Shown: piece by piece, positions 1 to 11,735 of the stretch
Position numbering within the stretch: position 1 is the stretch's first letter
Layout of the letters: each line of letters opens with the position of its first letter
Assembly (NCBI RefSeq): GCF_964204645.1
Contig: NC_134028.1
Coordinates: 15,011,653-15,075,652 of the forward strand
Direction of reading: 5' to 3'
Length of the DNA stretch: 64,000 bases
Origin: Tubulanus polymorphus
Lineage: Eukaryota > Animalia > Nemertea
Program-made: the position numbers and the translations under genes
Notes under the pieces: generated by a model
Told to the model about the DNA's origin: nothing
The model's input: the letters and a program-made list of their open reading frames with translations, nothing else
Database searches by the model: none

Positions 1-1546
1 TTAGCTAAAACATCTGAGAATTATATATCATTCCAACTTGGGTGTCTAAGATTTATAGATTCACATAGATTTTTAAATAGTTCATTAGCTTATCAAAATC
101 ATTAGTTGATGATGAATTAAAACTATTAAAACAACACTATCCAAATAATGATGATTTTAAATTAATGAGATATAAAGGAGCGATTCCATATTCTTTCTAT
201 AAAAATCATAATGATTTCAATATAACTGAATTATTGAAAGAACAATTCTATGATGAATTAAAAATGAATATGTTAAAGATGAAGTATATAATAGAACATT
301 GAATATTTGGAATCATTTCAAAATAGAAAATCATGGACAATTAGTAGATTTATATTTGAAATCAGATGTATTATTATTATCGGATATATTTGAAAGGTTT
401 AGAGATGTAAACCTAAAATATTTTAACATTGATCCTTGTCATTGTTATTCTAGTCCAGGTTTAACATGGGATTGTGGTTTAAAATTTACAGATATAAAAA
501 TGGATCTGTTAACAAATATAGATCAATTATTATTATTTGAAAAATCTATAAGAGGAGGTGTTTCAGGTGTATTAGGGGATAGATTTTTCAATGTAAATAA
601 AGTACATAGTTATATTTCATTTAGTCAATCTAAGTGGTTAGAAAAATATATAGATTTTAACACCAAACAGAGAACTGAAGCTAAAACTGATTTTGAGAAA
701 GATTTCTTCAAGTTAATGAATAATGCATTCTATGGTAAGACTTGTGAAAATATTAGAAATAGAAATGATATTGAGTTAGTTAGTAATGGTAAAAGGATAA
801 GGCATTTACAATCATATCCTAAGTTTTTAGGTAACAGAATATTTGATGAAAATTTAGCTGCAGTTAAAATGAGAAGAACTTCTATGAAATTTAATAAACC
901 AATTTATGTTGGAGCATCAGTTTTAGAAATATCAAAATTACTAATGTATGAATTCTATTATAATGTATTACAACCACTTTTTGGAGAAAAACATATAGAA
1001 ATCTTATATTTTGATACTGACAGTTACATATTAAAGATAAAAACTAATTACATAACTGATGATTTAAAAACATTAAAACATCATTTTGATTTCAGTAATT
1101 ATCCTAAAAATCATGAATTGTTTAGCAATGATAATAAAAACGTTCCTGGTAAATTCAAAGATGAATTAGGTGGTGAAGAAATGATTGAATTCATCGGTAT
1201 TAGATCTAAAATGTATTCATATAAAACTAAAGAACATGAAGCTAAAAAGTTAAAAGGAATAACCAAAAGTGTAGTAGAAAAGAATATTCATTTCAAAGAT
1301 TACATCAATTGTATATTCAATGAAGAAGTTAGAAAACATAAGATGAGATGTTTAAGATCTGAAGATCATGAAATGTTTATTGAAGAAATTGAAAAGATAA
1401 GTCTAAACCCATTTGATGATAAAAGATATATTCTGGATGATGGAATTCATACAGTTCCTTATGGTTGTAATTTAGATGAATACTTAAAATTTAAAAGAGA
1501 AGAAACAAAAGAGAACGAGATAATGAAAAGAATTCTAACGTGTTAA
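1..1546 (+). pseudogene. polB: Protein-primed family B DNA polymerase, C-terminal part (ORF 299-1546); frameshifted upstream, internal deletion
   Basis: Motifs YLKSDVLLL (exo III), RGG, KLMNNAFYGK (motif B), YFDTDS (motif C), KMYS, KLKG, DDKRY. Upstream FIDSHRF in a broken frame. Motif A (DxxxLY) is absent. Confidence 0.93.
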
Positions 1547-1575
1547 TCAAATTTTAATAAAAATATGTATTATAA

Positions 1576-1917
1576 ATGGAGAGTAAACAAACACACAGTG
1601 AATTCTTAAATAGAATAAAATATACTTCAAATGTAAAATCTGTAGATTATAAATTCAAAAAGTTAACAGAATTAACAATCCATGAGAAATATCTAATTAC
1701 AAATATTGTTACAGTTACTAATAACTATGGAGATAAATTAGTTATACACTTAGAATATGAAGGATTAAAAGGAAATGCACATAAATTCAGAACATATTTA
1801 CCAGATAGACTTCATAGATTATCAAGTGAAGATTTAGAAGAATTATGTTCCGGAGATTTATATTTCGTATACAAAGTTAAGAATGAAAAAGGACACCATG
1901 AAATAGATTTCGAATAA
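1576..1917 (+). CDS. Small Polinton protein, possibly OB-fold/ssDNA-binding-like
   Basis: Intact 113 aa ORF with TAAATG start directly after polB; beta-rich pattern (KLTEL..Y.I....YG.KLVIHL...TYLPDR). The fold is inference. Confidence 0.55.
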   Translation: MESKQTHSEFLNRIKYTSNVKSVDYKFKKLTELTIHEKYLITNIVTVTNNYGDKLVIHLEYEGLKGNAHKFRTYLPDRLHRLSSEDLEELCSGDLYFVYKVKNEKGHHEIDFE

Positions 1918-1931
1918 AATATGTAAAATAA

Positions 1932-2690
1932 ATGGTAGAATTAAAAGAATACAGAATATTTGTTGATTCTAGAAGACTTACAAATTATAAATCACATAAT
2001 TTATTAGTACAATTAGATAGATAATTCAAGAATTGAGTTGATTTAAAATTAGTAAATATAAGTTTATGTAATTCTTTTTACAATATATCAGATAAAACTA
2101 TTGAAGATAATACTTCTTTAATTCATATTAGAAATGTAAATAAATGGTTTCATCTAATTTTAAAACCAGGATTATATAATTTAGAAACATTAGCTCAGGA
2201 AATTAATCGAAGAGCACGGTTGAAAATTAGCAGAGATGATAAATTTTTATTAGATTTATTAAAGTGATAGCACAAATAAAATTAAAATAAAGGTATATGA
2301 TGAAAGTCAACATGCATTTATGGTAAAAAAAAACCTATAGCTAAACTGTTAGGAATTGTACCAGATACTGTTACAGGAAACGTATATGGTAGCTCAAATA
2401 TAATACCTTTTACGCACTTTTATATTTATTGCAATTTAATCGATCCTACAAAAACATTTGAAGCAACTAAAGATACAACATGTAATTCTAGTATATTAAA
2501 TATTTTACCATTAAAAAATGTTAAACAATTTGGAACGCAAATAAATTATAATTTAGCTGAATGTGATTTTAAACCTTGTATTCCTCAATTTAATAATTTT
2601 AAATTAGAAATAAGAAATCATAATGGATATTTAATTGATTTGAATAACTTTCCTGTAATTTATGAATTAGTTATAAGATCTAGAGAGTAA
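1932..2690 (+). pseudogene. Minor capsid (penton-like) protein, frameshifted
   Basis: TAAATG start MVELKEYRIFVDSR; C-terminal frame reads YIYCNLID..SILNILPL..KLEIRNHNGYLIDLNNFPVIYELVIR, typical of Polinton minor capsid C-termini; broken by frameshifts and stops. Confidence 0.65.
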
Positions 2691-2706
2691 TTTTTTCATT
2701 ATATAA

Positions 2707-3063
2707 ATGAATATAACTGTTGGACCGAGTATATGTTTTGGGGTTGATTTTAAACGTGAGAAAGAAATGAAATTTAACATTAATTATGTAATTATACATA
2801 TTAAAAATATTGCATTTTCTAATGAAACAACATTTGAGTATGCAGCAACAATAGATAAAGAAACTTTAGATGTAGAAAAGATTACTAATTTAATTAGAGA
2901 ATCTTTAAGATTTTATGAATTAGATGAAGATTTTATTATAGATGATATTAAAAAAATAATAATTGAAATATATACAAATGAAACTAGTAATGAAATAAAT
3001 GTTGAATTAATCATAAATAAGTTAACTAAATATTTTGATGATAGTAATTTTTTTGATAAATAA
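2707..3063 (+). CDS. Uncharacterised Polinton protein
   Basis: Intact 118 aa ORF with the element's TAAATG start; abuts the next gene. Confidence 0.6.
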   Translation: MNITVGPSICFGVDFKREKEMKFNINYVIIHIKNIAFSNETTFEYAATIDKETLDVEKITNLIRESLRFYELDEDFIIDDIKKIIIEIYTNETSNEINVELIINKLTKYFDDSNFFDK

Positions 3064-3285
3064 ATGAGTGATAATAAGTGGATAATAACTGGATTATATA
3101 ATGGCGCATTACTATCAGTTGGAACTGTTGGTTATTCAATGGTATTAAAAAAAGTATTCAAAATGGGAAGTGTTAATGTTGATAGATTTGATATAAATGA
3201 TATCTTAAAATTAACATTAGCAGTTACTTTATCTAATTTAACTATTGATTATTTAGAAAAACAAAAATATATTCCTCCCATATAA
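3064..3285 (+). CDS. Small hydrophobic Polinton protein
   Basis: 73 aa with two hydrophobic stretches; TAAATG stop-start overlap. Confidence 0.6.
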   Translation: MSDNKWIITGLYNGALLSVGTVGYSMVLKKVFKMGSVNVDRFDINDILKLTLAVTLSNLTIDYLEKQKYIPPI

Positions 3286-3310
3286 ATGCGTAATTATTTT
3301 ACTAAATAAA

Positions 3311-3730
3311 TTGCTTCTGCAGTTATAACTATTATAGGATCGGCAATTGTTAACACTAGCATTTACTGGTGGCGGTTATTTATTTAAACATATTGATAAA
3401 AATGGATCATTAACAGAACAAAAAAGACATAACTTAGCTTTAGAGAAATACAATAAAGCAGCAGAAGAATATAGAGAAAAAAGACAAAACTATATGGATT
3501 ATATTAACAAAGAATTATATGATCAGAAGATTTCACATAGAGATTTTCAATGAGTTGATGATGCAATGAGTTTATATAACGCGGTAACCAATAAAGAAAA
3601 ATTACATCTACATAAACGTACAATATCAGATTATTATACCCCAAGTAATGAACAGAAGAAATATGAAATAATATAAATTTTTGGTGGAACTGTTATTGTT
3701 ATATTTGTTGCTTATAAGTTTACTAATTAG
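3311..3730 (+). pseudogene. Small membrane/coiled-coil Polinton protein with mutated start and premature stop
   Basis: TAAATTG in place of TAAATG; hydrophobic N-terminus, charged helix (ORF 3347-3553), TGA at 3551, then a hydrophobic C-terminus. Confidence 0.5.
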
Positions 3731-3751
3731 TAATTTTTTTTTGCTAAATAA

Positions 3752-4177
3752 ATGGATGATAATATTGATATCATTCCTCATGATATAAATAAAACTAAAT
3801 TAAAAACATATTTAGAAAAACAAATATTAGAATTTGAAAGTGACTTAAAGATAAAAAAGAAAAAATATTTAAAAAGTAAAATTATATATTATTTGATTAT
3901 AAGTGGTTCGGTTACAATTAGTTCTGTAATAACATTTCTAGCAATATTCAGTCCATTAACACCTTTAGCTATATCAATTGGTGTATTAGGATTAAGTTCA
4001 AGTGTTTTAACTGGTATAAGTTCAAAATTAAATATAAAAAGTAATAAAGAAAAAATTAAAACTAATATAAAAGAAATTAATAAATTAAAAAATACACTAG
4101 ATTATATAATAAGTTTAAATGGCCATATAACAGTTGAAGAACAAGATAAATTATTAAAAGAATTAGTTAATTATTAA
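3752..4177 (+). CDS. Two-TM membrane protein with flanking coiled coils
   Basis: 141 aa; IIYYLIISGSVTISSVITFLAIF and LAISIGVLGLSSSVL hydrophobic helices. Confidence 0.65.
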   Translation: MDDNIDIIPHDINKTKLKTYLEKQILEFESDLKIKKKKYLKSKIIYYLIISGSVTISSVITFLAIFSPLTPLAISIGVLGLSSSVLTGISSKLNIKSNKEKIKTNIKEINKLKNTLDYIISLNGHITVEEQDKLLKELVNY

Positions 4178-4193
4178 TTTTTTAGTTATATAA

Positions 4194-5519
4194 ATGGCAG
4201 ATAGTTTTCCAAAAGCTTTCCAATATAATAAATCAATTAAATATAATATTCCAGCAATAGATTTTAATAAAGATATTTCATATAGAAATGAAGTTTTAAA
4301 TTCATTAATTGATTTATATATTTATGTTACTGAAAGTAATAATTTTCATGTAAAGATGGAAAATATATTTCATGTGTATACAATTAATTTAAAAAATTTA
4401 AATGAGGCAAAACAATGGTTATTAAAATCTAATATGAAGTATTGGCAGAACCAATTAAATTTTGCTGTTTATTGTGCAACAACAGGATGTGGAATTAGTT
4501 GGAATGATCATTTAAATAAACCAAGTTTACCATTGATGTTATCACTTTTTAGATTTCATACTTATTTTCAAATAAAATCAATATTAGATGAATTAGAATG
4601 TCCTTTACCAGGTTCAATATATTTTAAAGAATTGAATAATAATATTAATTTTTCTAAGTTTTATAAAATATGTAATGAATTTAATATTAATTCAAATAAA
4701 GATTTTAGAGCAAAAATTGGAACAATGGGTGGATTAGGAATATTATATACTAAAGAATTTGGAAAAATAATGACAACTTCAGATATAAGAACACTAAATT
4801 GGAATGAATTATCAAAATATTATAATAATATACAACAACAAAATAATAATGGTTGGGTTTATTTCATTTTAGAAAATAGTGAAGGTTTTACTAAAGCTGG
4901 AACACAAAGAATAAATCAATCAATTAGAACTTATTTGATACGTATTTTAGGTGCGCAAGTTGAAACAAGATCCCCAATAATTGGAAATGATAAAACTTCA
5001 TTCGATGCGCAGAAACAGTTAAAAGTATTATTTGAAGATTCAATTCATAATGATAAAAATAGATCGATTCCGGAAAACATTGTAAGATATCAAAATTATT
5101 TAGATAAATCACATATTAGATTAAATTATTGTATAGGCCCTAATCTATTTATTATTTCTAATGATTTAGTATTAAAGATGGGAAATATAATTGGTTTTAA
5201 TAATCTAATTAAAACTGCAACAATTAATAATTCATTTGGATTAAATGATATAAATAAAAAGATTACTACTGCACCAAAATTAATGGAAGGAGAAAAAAAT
5301 AAAAAACACATTCAATCAACAGAAACTAAAATTAATAATATTAAATTAAATAATGATTCTAAAATAAAAGATTTCAATACTACAGCAAATATAGAAACTG
5401 ATATTATTCAACATGAAATAATTAAACTAAATGATGATAATAAATCCCATGAAAATACTAAATTAGCTATAACTTGTATAGGAATTGTAATCGGAGGAAT
5501 ATTATATTTTAAATTTTAA
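4194..5519 (+). CDS. Conserved Polinton-associated protein with C-terminal TM anchor (putative structural protein)
   Basis: Intact 441 aa ORF with a WQNQLNFAVYCATTGCGIS motif and C-terminal LAITCIGIVIGGILYF; its 3' end recurs in copy B. Confidence 0.7.
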   Translation: MADSFPKAFQYNKSIKYNIPAIDFNKDISYRNEVLNSLIDLYIYVTESNNFHVKMENIFHVYTINLKNLNEAKQWLLKSNMKYWQNQLNFAVYCATTGCGISWNDHLNKPSLPLMLSLFRFHTYFQIKSILDELECPLPGSIYFKELNNNINFSKFYKICNEFNINSNKDFRAKIGTMGGLGILYTKEFGKIMTTSDIRTLNWNELSKYYNNIQQQNNNGWVYFILENSEGFTKAGTQRINQSIRTYLIRILGAQVETRSPIIGNDKTSFDAQKQLKVLFEDSIHNDKNRSIPENIVRYQNYLDKSHIRLNYCIGPNLFIISNDLVLKMGNIIGFNNLIKTATINNSFGLNDINKKITTAPKLMEGEKNKKHIQSTETKINNIKLNNDSKIKDFNTTANIETDIIQHEIIKLNDDNKSHENTKLAITCIGIVIGGILYFKF

Positions 5520-5534
5520 TTTTTTATTATGTAA

Positions 5535-6754
5535 ATGGCAGAAGGTGGAGAAGATTTTCCAATGGGTCCTTTAGATGAACCTGGCATAACTGATGAACAA
5601 CCACCTGATTTTAGTGAAACAAGTTTTAGTAATGATAATAAAACAGAATATAATACTAATTTACCAGAAGTTGTTCCTGGTTCTAAAGCCCCGTCAACAG
5701 ATGAATATATTAGAGGAGCTAAATCGAGATATTGAAAATGAAGTTCCAGAAATAACAAAAAAAGAATTAAATTATAATGAAATTACTCATGAATTTAAAC
5801 CAATGTTAAAAAGATCTGGTTTCAATATAACAAATAAAGGTATGGATTATTTAGTAGAAGGTTTAAAATATTCAAATGGTGATTATTATTGGCATTTGAA
5901 AGATGACTATTATTTTAAGATTTCTTCTAATAAAAGTCTCGATAAAATAATAACAAAATCAACTTTAATTAAATTAGATCAATCTAGAATTAAGAATAAT
6001 AGAGATAATTAATGAAAATTTAAGACAAAAAAAAATTCCTAAAGAAACTGATAATTCCAAAACTAGTAAAGTTAAATCAACCGAAGTTCAAACTGAAAAA
6101 CTTTTACCGAATGGATTAATTGATGCAACAGATCAAGAAATAGATGATTTAAATAATATATTTTCTGTTGAAGTAGTTAGAGAAATTAAAAGTATAAGAC
6201 TTGCATCTGATAAAATTGCGCATGATAAAAGTATAAGAGATATTAAAATTAGTAATTTAGAAAAAGAATTAACTGATAAAGATAAAGAGATAGAACAACT
6301 AAAGTCTGATTTAGACCATCAAGCAATTGGTGAAATGGAATATAGGCAAAAAGAATTACGTTTAGAAAAAGAAATTGATAATTTAAAAGATAATTTAGAA
6401 GTACAGAAAGAAGAAATTAAATTATTATTAAAATCATTTGATTATAATATTAATAGATTAAAAGTTATTTAAAAAGTTACTCCTACTCCCTATAAACCAG
6501 ATAAACCCCCGAATGATAATAATTCTATACAAGATAAAGTTAAAGATGGTTTAAAGAAATTAGCAAAATATTTATGGGAACTATCAAAGAAATCTGCTGC
6601 AGCATTGCCAGGTATTATTGCATCAATTGTTGATTTTATATTGAAATCTGCAGGAAACATTATTAACTTTGCTGCTGAACATATTATTTTATTTTTAATT
6701 ACAGTTGTAAGTGCTATTATTTTTGGGTTAGTAAACATGATAAAAAATAAATAA
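5535..6754 (+). pseudogene. Protein with acidic N-terminus, coiled coil and C-terminal hydrophobic helices; frameshifted
   Basis: ORFs 5535-5735 and 5593-6012 plus a downstream coiled-coil frame ending ...AAALPGIIASIVDFILKSAGNIINFAAEHIILFLITVVSAIIFGLV; collinear with 51498-52940. Confidence 0.6.
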
Positions 6755-6774
6755 TTAATTTTTTTGTTAAATAA

Positions 6775-8022
6775 ATGAGTGGGAGTTATATCAATCCTTC
6801 TAAGAATCATAGAATATCTAATGCTATTAAAGCAGAAAGATCACATCATATAATTACTCATAACCCTTCTAATATTAATACCGATGAAACTTTATATGTT
6901 AGAATTCCTAGATTAACACAAAATACTTTTTATGTTCCAAATAGTATTTATTTATCAGCCGATATAAAAGTAACCGGTAATAATAATAATTATGTTGTGG
7001 ATAATGTTGGAAGATATTTGATTAAAAAATTAACAAGAAAGATTGGCCCAGAAACAGTTTTCTCATTAGATGATTATAATTTATTTATGCATTATAAAGA
7101 TTTATGGTTATCTAACGAAAATAGAAATAATATGATATTTCAAGGCATCCAATCAGAAAACCAAAATAAATTAAGATCTGAAGCTAATAATGCAGTAGTA
7201 AATAATGCTACAGATAATTTGATAAAAAAGATTTATGGAAGCAAATATAAAATTCCATTAGACTTTGAATGGTTAAATAATAATGCACCTTTGTATAAAT
7301 ACGCAATTCAAGAAGATGTTATATTCGAAATAACATTTGCTCCTGTTAATGAAATTGTAATATCTAGCGTTAATAAAGATATGGGTTATAAATTATCGAA
7401 TATATGTTTAGAATATGATACAGTAACTGATGAAAATATTTCAAGTATAATTCAAACTAAATACAATCAAGGATTTTCATTATTATATGATTATATTGAT
7501 AAATTTAAAACTGTAACTATTAATGCAAATGATGAAATAATTAATGAGAATATTAACTTCCCAAGAAGATCTCTCAAAGGTATATTAATATTTTTTACAA
7601 TTGCAACATATACTAATGGCGCAATAAATGTTGATAATTATTATAATCCTGAAATAACAAAAGTAGAAATAACTATCGAAGGAATAGCAAATAAAATATT
7701 TTGTCAAGAAATGAGAATGATAGATCAATGGCCAGAAATTAGAAAACATTTTATGAATGAAAAAGTAAAATCATCTGAAAATTGTAATATTAATCAAATT
7801 GATTATTATACCGGTAATACATATGCATCATGGTTAGATATTAGAACAACAGAGGATAATTAATTACATGGTTCTGGAAAAAAATTACAGAACACTAGAG
7901 ATGGAATACAATTATTCATGACAAAGAAAAAAGGAAGCCTAAATTTTAAAATGCACATTTATATTATATCTGACGCGTAATTAAATATTGTAAATTCTCA
8001 ATTAAATAGTGTTATGTATTAA
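6775..8022 (+). pseudogene. Major capsid protein (double jelly-roll/hexon-like) with two late premature stops
   Basis: ORF 6775-7863 continues in frame through TAA 7861 and TAA 7978 to 8022, as shown by alignment with copy B (55.0-55.56 kb). Motifs NPSNI..L.VR.P.L, IPLDF, LEYD, P.RS.KG.LI, YNP.ITKV.ITIEG are typical of animal Polinton MCPs. Confidence 0.8.
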
Positions 8023-8054
8023 AATATCAACTTTAATGAAAATTTATATAATAA

Positions 8055-9215
8055 ATGGAAGGAGGTAAAGTATATAAACATATTCCATACATCGATACAC
8101 ATGAAAATAATGATGGTTTATATTATGTAATACCTTGTAATATAGCTTTGATATTTGATCCTATTTTCAAAATTTATAAAACTAAACTAATAGAAATCGA
8201 TAATAATAAAAGTGGTGTTGTTGATAATTTAAGTAATGTAATTGATAATAATGTCATACCTTCTACATCTAATAATGTAATACCTACTACATCTAACAAT
8301 GCAATACCTACTACATCTAATAATGATAAGATTGAACCTGATATCAAAACCAAAAAGACAAATAAAAAATATTGTGATGTATGTAAGAAATATGTATCAT
8401 ATAAAAATTGGGCATCACATAAGAAATCAAATAAACATATAGAAAAAGAAAAGAATATTAATGATAATAATATATCTGATAATAATATAATAGATAATAT
8501 CAAAGGTAATGTTAATACAATTGAAACAAATGATACCATAGATAATATAACAGATAATGTTGATACAATTGAAACTAATGATAATGAAACAATTGATGAT
8601 TCTAAAAAACGTTGTAACATTTGTAATTTAGATATTTCTAAAAGTAATTTTTCTAAACATAAAAAATCTCAAGCGCATATCGAAAATGAAAGGAAGTTAG
8701 AAGAACATGAAAAGAAATTAGAAGAAAAAGAAAGAAATAAAACGTGTCAATATTGTAATAAAAAAATTGAACCTGTTGATGAAAATACTCATTATAAATC
8801 AAAATTACATCTAATTAATGTTTATAAAATGGTGAGTATGATACCATTGTTAAATAACCCAAATAAATATATCAAATATTTTAATCCTAAAACTAACCAA
8901 TATTATGTATTCTATAAGTTGTTATTTGATAAATTATCAGCTTATGCAGAAGATAATCCTAAACAAATATATAAATTATTATATTTTAGGAAAATAGATT
9001 TAAGTTATCTAATAAAACATTTTGGATATCAATTTGATTTTGATAATGATGATTTTGATGAATACTTAGAAAAATTAAGAGAAAAAGCTAATATACCTAC
9101 TAATTATCATTCAAAGATGGCTCAATTAAAATTAATAAATCTACCTAAGACTTTTGATGAATTAGATATAAACAGAGATGATTTTATAAATGTATTAGAA
9201 ACAAAATTAGAATAA
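8055..9215 (+). CDS. Multi C2H2 (U1/matrin-like) zinc-finger protein with low-complexity repeats
   Basis: CDVC..HKKSNKH, CNIC..HKKSQAH, CQYC..HYKSKLH; 24-bp NNVIP(S/T)TS tandem repeats at ~8248-8325. Confidence 0.75.
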   Translation: MEGGKVYKHIPYIDTHENNDGLYYVIPCNIALIFDPIFKIYKTKLIEIDNNKSGVVDNLSNVIDNNVIPSTSNNVIPTTSNNAIPTTSNNDKIEPDIKTKKTNKKYCDVCKKYVSYKNWASHKKSNKHIEKEKNINDNNISDNNIIDNIKGNVNTIETNDTIDNITDNVDTIETNDNETIDDSKKRCNICNLDISKSNFSKHKKSQAHIENERKLEEHEKKLEEKERNKTCQYCNKKIEPVDENTHYKSKLHLINVYKMVSMIPLLNNPNKYIKYFNPKTNQYYVFYKLLFDKLSAYAEDNPKQIYKLLYFRKIDLSYLIKHFGYQFDFDNDDFDEYLEKLREKANIPTNYHSKMAQLKLINLPKTFDELDINRDDFINVLETKLE

Positions 9216-9694
9216 TTATTATAAATTTAAATTATAAAAATGAATAAATTATATGTTTTCTCTTAATAGAAATAAAAATACATTATATTATAACTATTTC
9301 TATACTTAGAAACAAAATTAGAATAATTATTATAAAACTAATTTATATATCTATGTACTAGACGTACGTAAGAATCTTGGTAAGAATCCAAGAAATCTTA
9401 CTTTCTTACTCGTACGTCTAGTACATAGATATATAAATTAGTTTTATAATAATTATTCTAATTTTGTTTCTAAGTATAGAAATAGTTATAATATAATCTA
9501 TTTTTATTTTTATTCAGAGAATACATATAATTTATTCATTTTTATAATTTAAATTTATAATAATTATAATAAAACTGATTTATATATCTATGTACTAGAC
9601 GTACGTAAGAATCTAAGAATTCTTACTTTCTTACTTTCTTAGCAAGAATCTTGGGTTCTTACGTACGTCTAGTATATAGAAATATAAATTAGTT
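9212..9694. repeat. Two tandem large hairpins (9212-9567, ~157 bp arms; ~9572-9694) between convergent Polinton gene blocks
   Basis: 9212-9368 is the near-perfect reverse complement of 9411-9567; the second hairpin reuses the ATATCTATGTACTAGACGTACG core. Confidence 0.9.
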
Positions 9695-9718
9695 TCTATA
9701 ATATTCCAAATTAGGATT

Positions 9719-10330
9719 TTATTTCATAAATTTATATTCATAGGGAAATTGTAGTCTTAGCAATAATTTTGAACCTTTATTATTCTTTAATTTATTCATA
9801 TATTCATCATGTAATTCAGTAGGTATAATTTGATTTTCTTCCAATGATTGTTGCATAGATTTTCTATCTTTATTGTGGAATAAAACTAAAAATCTTATAT
9901 TCTCCCTAAAGTCTTTAACAATTGAATTATATTTTTGATTTAAAACCCATGTTGTTATCCCGAAATGTCTCCCAGAGAAAGCTAAATAACATGACTCACT
10001 TTCTCTCACTTTTGAATCATGTAAATTAGCGCAATCATCTACAATGAATAATGTATTTGATCCTTTATAAGTATCAATTGCTACTTTTATACAATTATCT
10101 AAATTTTCTTTTACTGTTTTAGGATCTAATATAATAAACTTTTTTATTTTAACTATATCCCTATTATATGTTTTATTCATTTCATAAGTAGGACAGAATA
10201 ATATTATGTTATCAAAATGATTCTTATAAATAGTTTCTAACAAATCTAATATGAAATGTGTTTTACCACAATTGGTTACCCCAGTAACTAACATATTATG
10301 CGGTTCAAATATAAATAAATCTTTATTCAT
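9719..10330 (-). CDS. A32/FtsK-like DNA packaging ATPase
   Basis: Walker A GVTNCGKT, Walker B LFIVDD, SGRHFGITTWVLNQ; likely start MNKD at 10330. Confidence 0.9.
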   Translation of the reverse strand: MNKDLFIFEPHNMLVTGVTNCGKTHFILDLLETIYKNHFDNIILFCPTYEMNKTYNRDIVKIKKFIILDPKTVKENLDNCIKVAIDTYKGSNTLFIVDDCANLHDSKVRESESCYLAFSGRHFGITTWVLNQKYNSIVKDFRENIRFLVLFHNKDRKSMQQSLEENQIIPTELHDEYMNKLKNNKGSKLLLRLQFPYEYKFMK

Positions 10331-11360
10331 TCTTTCTTTTAATTTTACTAGATAAAATCCATTCATTAAATTTATCATCATATCCTTTATATTTCACCTA
10401 AGAATACTTTTTTCCTTTAAGAGTTTTTGTTTTCAATACTTATTCTATTTTGTATTCTATTTCATCTGGGTTTGGTACAAGTGATAATTCTTGTTCATAG
10501 AAATAACCTAATATTTCTTCATCTTTTAGATCTTCTAATTTATAAACAAATGGTTTAGTTAATATTATCTTTTTAATCTTGAATATTTCTTCTGTAAAAT
10601 TTGGGGTATAACCTTTATAAAAGGTTTTTCTATGTGTAACAAACACATCATATAAATTATTCCAAACTATTTCTGAATTATCTTCTTTTCTAGCTTGTAT
10701 AGGTTTCATATTTATAGAACTATGTTTAGAATTATTATAACCTTTCACTAAATCATCTAACACATCGATATATTTGTATGTTTCATTAGCAGTAAAATAT
10801 TTCCACATTCTAGTTTTCAATGTTTTATTAAATCTTTCTATAATAGATGCTTTTTTATCTGAGTGTGTTGAAAAATAGTCTACATCGTTATCAGATAATA
10901 GTTTTTTGAAATGTTTGTTATAGAATTCCTTACCTTCATCAAATTGTATCTTATCTGGAATAGCTTCTTTAAATATAGATTTAAAAGCATTTGTTACTTC
11001 TATACCAGTTTTATTTTTGATTGGAATTGACCATGCGTATCTACTGAATATGTCTATAACATTCAGTATCCAGAAATATCCTTTGTTGTATTCTTCTAAG
11101 TTCTTCATGTCAATTAAATCAGCTTGCCATTGTTGATCGATATATGAAACCATAACTTTTCTTGTTAAATAAGTTTTATCCATTTTCTTGTGGATTTGAT
11201 ATGTTGGTTGATTTTGTAACCATGATTTTAATTCACCATATTTTATGTTACCATTTTCTTTATCAGATTTAATTTTATTCCATAATTCTGAAACGCTAGA
11301 ATATGATACTTCACTTTCTGGGTTATAATATAAATCTCTTAAATATTGTTCTTTTTTCAT
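10323..11360 (-). pseudogene. Retroviral-like (rve) integrase with C-terminal chromodomain; premature stops
   Basis: DDE triad WQADL / FDEGKEF / IERFNKTLK. After the stop at 10440 the same frame reads VLKTKTLKGKKYS*VKYKGYDDKFNEWI. A short deletion relative to copy B. Confidence 0.9.
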
Positions 11361-11438
11361 CTTATTTTAATCCATTAATAATAATTTAGATTTAGTTTCA
11401 ATGACTTTATGATTTGACTTATTTTCTGGTATGATAGG

Positions 11439-11735
11439 TTAATCATCATTGGAATCATCTTTATCATCAGATTTGAATTTTGATTTATATATTACACCAG
11501 AGAATATAATAATTGTGATTAACCCAATTGTAATATATAAGTAATTATTTCTTCCACTATTAGAAGAATCAGATGGATTATTATTTGAATCAATATCAGA
11601 TAATTTCTGTGATTCATTTATATCAGTTAATTTCTTTTTCTTAGCTTTTTTTAATTCTGCAGCTCTTTTACCTAATTCTCTTGCCCATTTAATTTGTTTC
11701 TCGGATCTAGGCTTTTTCTTAACGCCATCACTCAT
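11439..11735 (-). CDS. Small basic protein with one TM helix
   Basis: KKKPRSEKQ..W N-terminus and YLYITIGLITIIIFSGVIY; TAAATG start. Confidence 0.6.
   Translation of the reverse strand: MSDGVKKKPRSEKQIKWARELGKRAAELKKAKKKKLTDINESQKLSDIDSNNNPSDSSNSGRNNYLYITIGLITIIIFSGVIYKSKFKSDDKDDSNDD

Noticed and set aside
6490-8620. Minus-strand hydrophobic ORFs 6490-6810 and 8174-8620
   Set aside because: Antisense shadows of plus-strand genes.
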